NCBI GenBank assembly: GCA_037133915.1
Contig: JBAXND010000008.1
Span: 16,564-80,563 of the forward strand
Source: Bacteroidota bacterium
GTDB lineage: Bacteria > Bacteroidota > Bacteroidia > Bacteroidales > CAIWKO01
DNA length: 64,000 bases
Direction: 5' to 3'
The notes below the pieces were generated by a model that was not told the DNA's origin, searched no databases, and saw only the letters and a program-made list of their open reading frames with translations. The position numbers and the translations under genes are program-made. Below are positions 54,650-62,268 of the stretch, piece by piece (position 1 is the stretch's first letter; the number at the start of each line of letters is the position of its first letter).

Positions 54650-54856
54650 TAGCTCAATTTTGCAATTTGTCGATTGAACCATCTGAGAAAGCTTTGTGTG
54701 TAAAGCATGGTGTTGCAGAAATTAGGTTTTCAGCATATTATATATTATATTTGTTTCCATCAAGCATCAGGAATTATCTGTAAGAAGGGTTTCTTATATT
54801 TTAGTTTTGCGCCGAACTAAAGATTTTCGTTGAAAATATACTAATAGTGAAATATT

Positions 54857-57800
54857 GTGAAAAAATTTATTCTTATCCCGGTATTGCTCGCTTTCAGCAC
54901 TCTTGCACGGTCACAGGGCGTGATAAATGATGGCGCAGCCATCAAAATTACTGCAGGCACGGTAATGTATTGGGGCGGTACATCAAATTCTTTCACGAAT
55001 CAAGCGCATGGCACGAGTCAAGGCAGTGTTGATCTTGCCGGAACGATGGTGATATCCGGAAACTTCACGAATAATGCTGCAAATAATGTGTTTATCGGGG
55101 CAAACCAGACTGACGGTACGGTGAAGTTTACCGGCACAGCCACGCAAACCATTGGTGGCACAAGCGCAATAAACTTTGAAAATGTCGAGATTAATAAAAG
55201 CGGTGGTACAGCTACGCTTAACTCAACGAATAATAAGGTGTATGGGAATATGCTGATAAATGCCGGTGTGTTCAATGCTTCAGATAAAATATTTCATGTT
55301 GCCGGGAACTGGACAAATAATGGCACATTTACTTCCGGCACATCCAGTATAATTTTTGATGGCACTGCCACTCAGACCGTGCACTCCGGTGGCAGCTCCT
55401 TCTCCGGAATTACATTCAATAACACCGCGACAGGAAATACAGACATCAACCTGAACGACAATTTGTCGATTACATCAAATGCAACTTTCACTAACGGTAT
55501 CGTTTACTATACCAATAGTGCAATGATGACATTTCAGAATGGTGCAACATCAAACGGCGGCGACTCTCTCAGCTTTGTGGACGGCATTGTAACTAAAAGC
55601 GGAAACAACAGTTTCGACTTTCCGATTGGTGATGTTGCCGGTGTAAATGTTGTTTGGGGACCGGCGGCAATTGCTTCTCCCGCTCAAAGTTCAACCATCA
55701 CTGCCGGATACCAATTTGTTGCACCTGCAAATCCGACAGTCATCTGTTCAGGAATTGACCATGCAAGTAACGCAGAGCAATGGAATCTCACTTCCAATCT
55801 TTCTTATCCTGACGTTACACTGTACTGGAAAAATTTGACGCGCAGCGGTCTGGGGAACCTGGCAGATATAAACCTTGTGAACTGGGAGGTTTGCAGCGGC
55901 TCCAATAAATGGACGGAAAAAGGAAATGCAGCTATACAGGATAATGCGTGGCAGGGACACATCACCGGGTCTTTTTCATCGTATGGCACGATGACGCTGG
56001 GTGCTAAATGCATCACACCGAGTATAACTTCCAGCACACCCGGTTCAAACTGCGGTACAGGAACTGTTATACTCAGCGCGGCATGCAGCCAGGGAACCGT
56101 CAACTGGTACACCTCTTCCTCAGGTGGAAGTCCTGTTGGTTCGGGCAGCCCATGGACAACGCCATCAATAAGCACCACTACAACCTATTATGCTGAAAGT
56201 GATAATAATGGTTGTAAATCCTTATCGAGAACGCCGGTTATTGCTACCATCAATCCACTGCCCAATGCAACGGTCAGCGCCATAGGTGGCTGCGGCGGTT
56301 CGGGCACCGTTACAGTTACGTCCGACATTACCGGAAATCAGACTTTCTATTTGTGTGATGGCTCAGGCAATATACTGAATACTGCCACTGCCAATGCTTC
56401 ATATTACGATTTTACGTCACAGCCGAATGGAACGTACACCGGGAAAGTGCTGTTTGGTAACTGTACATCGGTACTGTCAACGGCAGTGGTTCTTTCAAGT
56501 GCAACCTCAACCACATGGACCGGTTTGGTTTCTATTGACTGGAACACGGCGGGAAACTGGAACTGTGGCATTCCCAGTGCAACTGTCAGCGCGACTATTC
56601 CATCCGGGACACCGCGACAGCCAACCATTTCAAACGCGGCAGAATGCAAAGATCTGAACATCCTCAGTGGTGGCATATTGACCATCAGTGCAGGAAAATC
56701 ACTTACTGCTTCCGGTCCGACCAACCTGAATGGTGCGCTCTGTATGGTTATTAAATCCGATGTCAGCGGAACCGGTTCATTTATAGATAACGGCTCAATC
56801 ACCGGTGCAGGTACCGCCAAGGTTGAACGCTATATCCTCGCCAACGACTGGCACTATATCAGTAAACCGGTAAACACTGCTACAGCCTCTATTTTCAACG
56901 GCAGCTATCTGAAAAAGTGGATAGAGTCAAACTACTCATGGCTCAACATTACGTCTCCGTCTGCGGCATTAGCAATCATGGAAGGCTATGCGCTGAAAAG
57001 TCTTACCACCAAGGTTTTTAGCTTTACGGCAAAACCCAATACGGGTGTGCTGTCTATTGCTGTTACACGAAACACATCTCAGGTGTCCAGCAAGCGAGGC
57101 TGGAACCTTGTCGGGAATCCGTATCCCAGCTCCATTGACTGGATGGCAGCGACAGGATGGACTAAAACCAACGTGGATAATTCAATCTATATTTACAATA
57201 ACAACTACGCCAACTATGCTGTGTATAATGGAGGTACACAACTTGGCGTGAATGGCGGTTCACGGTATATTGCAGCCGAGCAAGGTTTTTTTGTGACCTG
57301 CAGCAGTTCGGCGGGCGGCACATTGGGAATGAATAATTCTATCCGTATTCATAACAACACACCCTTTCTGAAGTCTTTGGCATCAGGAGACTACGTGAGA
57401 CTTACCCTTGGGCACCAAGGAACGACAGACGAAATTATCATCAATGTGAATGCCGATGCCAGCAATGATTTTGACGGTGCTTTGGATTCCTACAAGATTA
57501 TTACTCCTGAAATTGACCAGATATGGTCGGTGAACTTTTCGGATATGACAAAACAATACGCCATCAACAGCATATCTGATGTGGCGAGTAATCCTGATAT
57601 TCCCGTGGCTTTCGCACCAACAGCAAATGGAACTTATACCATCTCGGCTTCAGAGTTTGAAAGTCTGAAATTACAGACAGGAATTTATCTGGAAGATATT
57701 AAATCCGGCATTATCACTGATCTGGTTGAAAATCCATCCTATTCATTTACCGCATCAACAACAGACGATATTAATCGTTTTATTATACATTTTGGTAAAC

Positions 57801-58078
57801 AGCAGACTACAGGAATCAAGGCAGTCGATGGCAACAGTGAACTAAGTCTTTATCCAAATCCGAACAACGGCAGGTTTATTATTTCACTTCGTGATAAACT
57901 GGAAGGCACAGCCACGATAACTGTTTATGATGTGCTTGGCCATTGTGTTATCAGCAAAGAAGTGAATGGACTTGTGCAGGAAGAATTTGGTTTGCAGAAT
58001 CTTGCTTCCGGTGTTTATACGTTGAAAGTTATCGGTGCGAGAGAATTGCCCACCATCCGTTTCATTGTAAATCAATAA
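54857..58078 (+). CDS. Large secreted protein with T9SS type A sorting domain
   Basis: 1073 aa. The GTG start gives a good signal peptide, MKKFILIPVLLAFSTLARSQ, with stops just upstream. The N-terminal region is Thr/Gly/Asn-rich and beta-helix-like. An Ig-like module (GTVNWYTSSSGGSPVGSGSPWTTPSISTTTTYYA) follows. The C-terminus LYPNPNNGRFIISL...GVYTLKVIG...RFIVNQ is a type A CTD. Confidence 0.8.
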   Translation: MKKFILIPVLLAFSTLARSQGVINDGAAIKITAGTVMYWGGTSNSFTNQAHGTSQGSVDLAGTMVISGNFTNNAANNVFIGANQTDGTVKFTGTATQTIGGTSAINFENVEINKSGGTATLNSTNNKVYGNMLINAGVFNASDKIFHVAGNWTNNGTFTSGTSSIIFDGTATQTVHSGGSSFSGITFNNTATGNTDINLNDNLSITSNATFTNGIVYYTNSAMMTFQNGATSNGGDSLSFVDGIVTKSGNNSFDFPIGDVAGVNVVWGPAAIASPAQSSTITAGYQFVAPANPTVICSGIDHASNAEQWNLTSNLSYPDVTLYWKNLTRSGLGNLADINLVNWEVCSGSNKWTEKGNAAIQDNAWQGHITGSFSSYGTMTLGAKCITPSITSSTPGSNCGTGTVILSAACSQGTVNWYTSSSGGSPVGSGSPWTTPSISTTTTYYAESDNNGCKSLSRTPVIATINPLPNATVSAIGGCGGSGTVTVTSDITGNQTFYLCDGSGNILNTATANASYYDFTSQPNGTYTGKVLFGNCTSVLSTAVVLSSATSTTWTGLVSIDWNTAGNWNCGIPSATVSATIPSGTPRQPTISNAAECKDLNILSGGILTISAGKSLTASGPTNLNGALCMVIKSDVSGTGSFIDNGSITGAGTAKVERYILANDWHYISKPVNTATASIFNGSYLKKWIESNYSWLNITSPSAALAIMEGYALKSLTTKVFSFTAKPNTGVLSIAVTRNTSQVSSKRGWNLVGNPYPSSIDWMAATGWTKTNVDNSIYIYNNNYANYAVYNGGTQLGVNGGSRYIAAEQGFFVTCSSSAGGTLGMNNSIRIHNNTPFLKSLASGDYVRLTLGHQGTTDEIIINVNADASNDFDGALDSYKIITPEIDQIWSVNFSDMTKQYAINSISDVASNPDIPVAFAPTANGTYTISASEFESLKLQTGIYLEDIKSGIITDLVENPSYSFTASTTDDINRFIIHFGKQQTTGIKAVDGNSELSLYPNPNNGRFIISLRDKLEGTATITVYDVLGHCVISKEVNGLVQEEFGLQNLASGVYTLKVIGARELPTIRFIVNQ

Positions 58079-58117
58079 TTATTAACCTGTGAAAAGAAGC
58101 ATTAAAACAGCAAGAAC

Positions 58118-59614
58118 ATGAAAAATCTGAAATTTACTTTCCGCTTCCTGAACCTGAAAGGTGCAATATGTCTTTTTCTCACTTTTCACAGTTTACTGTT
58201 CACGCTTCACGGATTTTCCCAGGGCGTATCAATTAACAGCTCCAATGCAGCGCCCGATCCATCAGCAATGCTCGATGTAAGCGGCACCACTACCGGTGTG
58301 CTGATTAACCGTATGACTTCCGCGCAACGTAATGCAATAGTAAATCCTGCTGAAGGGTTACAAATATTTAATACGGATACGAAATGTATTAATTTCTATA
58401 AAAACCACGGCTGGTTTGAGGTGTGCGGTAACTGTGTACCACCTGCAGCCCCTGTGGCAGGAAATAACGGACCGCTTTGTCTGACTTCCACATTGAATCT
58501 CACAGCATCGGCTATTCCGTATGCTACCTATTCCTGGACCGGACCCAATGGATTTACTTCTACTGCCCAAAATCCTTCAATCACCAATGTTACAACTTCG
58601 AATGGTGGGGTATACTCAGTGATGTCATATATCAATTGTAACAGCAGCGTGGCCACAACCAGTGTCACTGTAATAGGCCCGATTCCCTCAACCTTTACAT
58701 GGAGCTCGTTAAACCCACTTGTTAATGAGTTGGTTACTTTCACGCCCACACAGACGGGCGCTAGTTACAGTTGGACTTTCCAGGGTGGAAATCCGGCTAC
58801 AAGCACTGCCCAAAACCCGGTTGTTTCCTGGGCTATTGGCGGCACCTATAATGTATCCCTTACGGTTACCGTCAGCGGTTGCGTTTCGGTGGTAACAACA
58901 CAGCAGATAACAGCTACTTGTCCTCCCGGTACTGCCTCTTTCACATATACCGGAGCTGTTCAAACATGGACAGTACCACCATGCATTGCAAGCATTTCCA
59001 TTGATGCAAAAGGTGCACAAGGGGGAGGACCTGCGGGTGGAAAAGGCGGTCGGGCGATAGCGACTGTTACTGTAACACCAGGCTCGACGCTCTATATTTA
59101 TGTCGGTGGACAACCAACCACAAGACCGGGCGCAACAAGTGGCGGGTTTAATGGTGGCGGTAAAGTTATGGCGCTGCCATGCGGTGGCTCTACCTCCGAT
59201 GGATGGGGTGGTGGAGGAGCTTCAGACGTAAGAACCTCAGTCAGTCTCAGTGACAGGCTGATTGTTGCTGCCGGTGGTGGTGGTTCCGGCTATAGCAGTG
59301 GCGCCGGTGGAATCGGCGGCGGTCTCACAGGTGGCTCGGGAACAAGCTTCTCGGGTATTGCAACAGGCGGCACACAAACCGGAGGCGGTACATCCGGTGC
59401 CAATCCGGGTAGTCTGGGCATTGGTGGTGATGCGGGTCCCCTTTCCGCTCTTTGTATAGGCGGAGGCGGTGGCGGTGGATATTATGGCGGGGCAGGTGGC
59501 AGCACCGGCAGCGGCGGCGGCGGCTCAAGCTGGACCGGGTATCCGGGAAGCACCAACACGACAAATACAGCCAATTATAATACCGGCAATGGTTCCATCT
59601 CAATAACGTACTAA
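58118..59614 (+). CDS. Glycine-rich-domain protein with Ig-like and PKD-like modules
   Basis: 498 aa. After an N-terminal hydrophobic segment comes the same head module as the 53483 gene (GVSINSSNAAPDPSAMLDV...GVLINRMT...NPAEGLQIFNTD). Next are an Ig-like module (YSWTGPNGFTSTAQNPSI) and a PKD-like module (YSWTFQGGNPATS...YNVSLTV). The glycine-rich domain reads WTVPPCIASISIDAKGAQGG...LYIYVGGQ...GGFNGGG...GGGGASDVR...RLIVAAGGGGSG...GNGSISITY. Confidence 0.8.
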   Translation: MKNLKFTFRFLNLKGAICLFLTFHSLLFTLHGFSQGVSINSSNAAPDPSAMLDVSGTTTGVLINRMTSAQRNAIVNPAEGLQIFNTDTKCINFYKNHGWFEVCGNCVPPAAPVAGNNGPLCLTSTLNLTASAIPYATYSWTGPNGFTSTAQNPSITNVTTSNGGVYSVMSYINCNSSVATTSVTVIGPIPSTFTWSSLNPLVNELVTFTPTQTGASYSWTFQGGNPATSTAQNPVVSWAIGGTYNVSLTVTVSGCVSVVTTQQITATCPPGTASFTYTGAVQTWTVPPCIASISIDAKGAQGGGPAGGKGGRAIATVTVTPGSTLYIYVGGQPTTRPGATSGGFNGGGKVMALPCGGSTSDGWGGGGASDVRTSVSLSDRLIVAAGGGGSGYSSGAGGIGGGLTGGSGTSFSGIATGGTQTGGGTSGANPGSLGIGGDAGPLSALCIGGGGGGGYYGGAGGSTGSGGGGSSWTGYPGSTNTTNTANYNTGNGSISITY

Positions 59615-59639
59615 AGGGCATTTGTAAATTCCAATACCC

Positions 59640-59844
59640 GGACTAACGACGGGGCATCTCGCTTGCTGAAATATTGACTAAGCTTTCCAAAAAACGGACT
59701 ATGCTTGCTGAAATATTGACTTCGCTTCCGGAATAATGGACTACGCTTCCCGAAAAAATGACAATACTTCCTGAAAAAAGGACTACGCTTGCTGAATTAT
59801 TGACTTGGCTTTTCGTAAAAATGACTACGCTTCCTGAAATGTTG
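59640..59844 (+). repeat. 21-bp tandem array, left part (one unit with a 14-nt insertion + 8 exact-period units)
   Basis: Units start at 59675, 59696, 59717, 59738, 59759, 59780, 59801 and 59822. The consensus is KGACTACGCTTCCnGAAAWAA. Confidence 0.9.
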
Positions 59845-61240
59845 GGAGTGTTCAGAAAAGTGTGTCATTCTGCTTGGTGCAGGGTTCTGCCCTGAAGCCG
59901 TAGGCGGAAGGGCAGAACCCTGCAAAGGTATATAATTATAAATATTTTTCATAACGGCTCCCAAACTCCTCCATAAGTTCTTTCTGGATTGATACCCAAC
60001 TCAGGGCTTTCTTGTGCCAGCTTTTTTGGTTGTGCATTAATGCCAGGTATAATTGTTTCAATAATCCTTTATCATTACTCCATGCGCCTTTTGATTTGGT
60101 TACTTTTCGCATTACCCTGTGCAGCGCTTCCACAGGGTTGGTAGTATAAATCATTCTGCGGATATTTTGACTATAATCCATATATGCCATTAACTCTTCC
60201 CATTTTTCTTCCCATTTTGGACGTATTTCCTTGTATTTGCTGTCCCACTGCGTGCCAAATGCAATCAATGCTATAGCTGCCTGCTGCCGGTCCGCTGCTG
60301 TATATATTTTCCGTAAATCACTGCATAATGCTTTGATGTCTTTGTTGCTAACAAACCTAGTTGAACTGCGAATCATATGAACGATACACCGCTGGATAAT
60401 GGATAATGGGAAAACCGCCTCTATCACGTTCTGGAAGCCAGTCAGCCCATCAACACAGAAGAAAATAACATCTTCTACACCTCGTTTCTTAATGTCTTCT
60501 AAAATTAAACCCCATTGCCGGGAACCTTCGGATTCATTTAAATATAAGCCTAAAACATCACGCAGCCCATCTACGGTAACTCCAAAAGCTGTGTATATAG
60601 CTTTACTGATTATCCTGCCATCTTCTCTAACCTTGTAGTGTATGGCATCCAAATATACAATAGCATAACATGGAGCCAATGGGCGTTGCTGCCATTCGAT
60701 GATCTCTGACCAAACTCGGTCAGTCACCGCACTGATTGCTCCAGCACTTACTTCTAATCCATAAAGTTCCCGAAGTTGATAACGAACATCTTCTACCGAA
60801 TGTCCTCGGGCATACAGGCTTAAAATGATGTCATCTAGTCCCGTTCCTAAATCCCGATCCCACTTCTTTATCAGATTTGGCTCATGTTCTCCATTACGAT
60901 CCCTTGGGGTACGAACTTCAATAGGACCGACACGGCTTTTAACCGTTTTATGGGTATGGCCATTGCGCCGATTATCTTTGTCGGTGAGTTTGCTCTCCTT
61001 AAGGTGATAATCCATCTCTCCTTCTAAGGCAGCATTTACAAGAGCTTGTAACATATCCGTGAAAATCCCGCCATCACCCACTATGGGATCTCCATTATAT
61101 AATCTACTTATTACTTCTGCTCTCTTACTTTCGTCCGGTATTAAATCTTCTAATCGCGGTCGTTTTTCTCTTTTATTTTTCTCCATATGTCAAAGTTAAA
61201 AATTGTTTATTCGCTTTGACACACTTTTTTGAACAGCCTC
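59845..61240 (-). mobile_element. IS256-family insertion sequence (1396 bp) with terminal inverted repeats and 8-9 bp target-site duplication
   Basis: The ends GGAGTGTTCAGAAAAGTGTGTCA (59845->) and, reverse-complemented from 61240, GAGGCTGTTCAAAAAAGTGTGTCA share 18/19 inner positions. The element is flanked by direct GAAATGTTG at 59836-59844 and 61241-61249, and carries a single intact transposase ORF. Confidence 0.9.
59936..61186 (-). CDS. IS256 family (Mutator-type) transposase
   Basis: 416 aa with the characteristic blocks IVYLDAIHYKVREDGR, FCVDGLTGF...AVFP...QRCIVHMIRSS and NPVEALHRVMRKVTK. Confidence 0.95.
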   Translation of the reverse strand: MEKNKREKRPRLEDLIPDESKRAEVISRLYNGDPIVGDGGIFTDMLQALVNAALEGEMDYHLKESKLTDKDNRRNGHTHKTVKSRVGPIEVRTPRDRNGEHEPNLIKKWDRDLGTGLDDIILSLYARGHSVEDVRYQLRELYGLEVSAGAISAVTDRVWSEIIEWQQRPLAPCYAIVYLDAIHYKVREDGRIISKAIYTAFGVTVDGLRDVLGLYLNESEGSRQWGLILEDIKKRGVEDVIFFCVDGLTGFQNVIEAVFPLSIIQRCIVHMIRSSTRFVSNKDIKALCSDLRKIYTAADRQQAAIALIAFGTQWDSKYKEIRPKWEEKWEELMAYMDYSQNIRRMIYTTNPVEALHRVMRKVTKSKGAWSNDKGLLKQLYLALMHNQKSWHKKALSWVSIQKELMEEFGSRYEKYL

Positions 61241-61394
61241 GAAATGTTGACTAGGCTTCCTGAAAAAATGACTACGCTTCCCGAAATGTTGACTACGCTT
61301 CCGGAATAAATGACTACGCTTGCTGAATAAATGACTACGCTTCCGAAAAAAATGACTACGCTTCCGGAAAATTGGACAGTTTAATTTTTCGAAT
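61241..61394 (+). repeat. 21-bp tandem array, right part (TSD copy + 6 near-identical units + 1 degenerate unit)
   Basis: Units start at 61248, 61269, 61290, 61311, 61332 and 61353, all beginning TGACTA(C/G)GCTT. A degenerate unit sits at 61374. Confidence 0.9.
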
Positions 61395-61423
61395 TGACTA
61401 ATAGGAACAGCGATTCACAGTAA

Positions 61424-61726
61424 TCAGAATATTTCTATTCCAAACTTTTGAATGTCTGCTAAGAAGTTAGCGTCGTCAAAATCTTTCTCAATCAGGATAG
61501 GTTCAATTCTGTCATCAATTTGTCTTCTCAGTTTCCAAAGTATTGGATTTATTGAAAAATAATCACCGTCAATATGGTTGACAACAATTGCCACATCAAT
61601 GTCGCTGTCTTCTCTGTTTGTGTTTCTTGCGTAGGAACCAAACAGGTATACATTTTCCAGTTGGAAATAATCGTTCAGCAAAAGTTTATACGCTTTTACT
61701 TTATCTATAGCTTCGCTTTTATCCAT
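61424..61726 (-). CDS. Minimal nucleotidyltransferase (MNT) domain protein, putative antitoxin
   Basis: 100 aa with the Pol-beta-superfamily NTase motif LFGSYARNTNREDSDIDVAIVV. Confidence 0.85.
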   Translation of the reverse strand: MDKSEAIDKVKAYKLLLNDYFQLENVYLFGSYARNTNREDSDIDVAIVVNHIDGDYFSINPILWKLRRQIDDRIEPILIEKDFDDANFLADIQKFGIEIF

Positions 61727-62061
61727 TGCTGTATTTCTTTTGTCTTTTCAATTATTTCAATACACTTTGCATCTGTCAGGCTTTTCATGAGCCGCTCTTT
61801 ATGCGATGGATATCTTGCTTCAATATTTAATGGTTCTATTTGATCAATGAATTCCTTTTGGTCTTCAGTGAATGATTCATAAAAATCACCTCTTTTAGCA
61901 AGAAATGATAAACTGTGACTATAAGGGGGAACTTCTGCTTTAACTTTAGTAAAGAATGCTTTAAATGCTTTTTCGATTGTCTGATGGCACATAAAACCTA
62001 CATACAAATATCTTTTGCTTTGAAGCATGGCTTCTGCTGTTTCAATATCATAATCAGACAA
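61705..62061 (-). CDS. HEPN domain protein, putative toxin
   Basis: 118 aa, all-alpha, with a COG2250-like HEPN pattern: AEAMLQSKRYLYVGFMCHQTIEKAFKAF, HSLSFL and EARYPSH. It overlaps the MNT ORF by 22 nt. Confidence 0.75.
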   Translation of the reverse strand: MSDYDIETAEAMLQSKRYLYVGFMCHQTIEKAFKAFFTKVKAEVPPYSHSLSFLAKRGDFYESFTEDQKEFIDQIEPLNIEARYPSHKERLMKSLTDAKCIEIIEKTKEIQQWIKAKL

Positions 62062-62106
62062 GTCAATCCAATATTTAATATTATTTTCCTTGCTATTAAA
62101 TTAATT

Positions 62107-62114
62107 CAAAGATA
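62107..62114 (-). promoter_or_regulatory. Candidate -7 promoter box for the HEPN/MNT operon
   Basis: Plus-strand CAAAGATA is TATCTTTG (TAnnTTTG) on the minus strand, 46 nt upstream of the HEPN ATG. Confidence 0.3.
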
Positions 62115-62208
62115 AAAAAAAGATTGACTGAGTCGAAAATTTTACTGCGTTTTACCGCCTGAAAACAACTCTCCTGAAAATTCGGTTCGGCACACCACGC
62201 CTGCGGAA

Positions 62209-62249
62209 TTTTCAATTAATAATTACTAAAAATAATTATTAATTGAAAA
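62209..62249. other. Perfect 17-bp AT-rich inverted repeat (TTTTCAATTAATAATTA-ctaaaaa-TAATTATTAATTGAAAA)
   Basis: Read directly. It lies 20 nt downstream of the stop of the 62269.. gene and ~150 nt upstream of HEPN. It could be a terminator-like hairpin (no U-run) or an operator. Confidence 0.5.
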
Positions 62250-62268
62250 CCCTGCATCGCATGCGGTA

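Noticed and set aside
53835-54682. ORFs antisense to or out of frame with the collagen/glycine-rich gene (53835..54029, 53874..54086, 53905..54096, 54188..54682, 54231..54467, 54492..54677).
   Set aside because: The GGN/CCN-rich repeat coding sequence is open in several frames. The products are low-complexity mirror images (Pro/Val/Gln-rich) of the real Gly-X-Y frame.
59640-61394. The tandem 21-bp repeats could be mistaken for a CRISPR array.
   Set aside because: The units abut each other with no spacers. The period is 21 bp, far shorter than repeat plus spacer. No cas genes are in the window, and the units are degenerate rather than identical.
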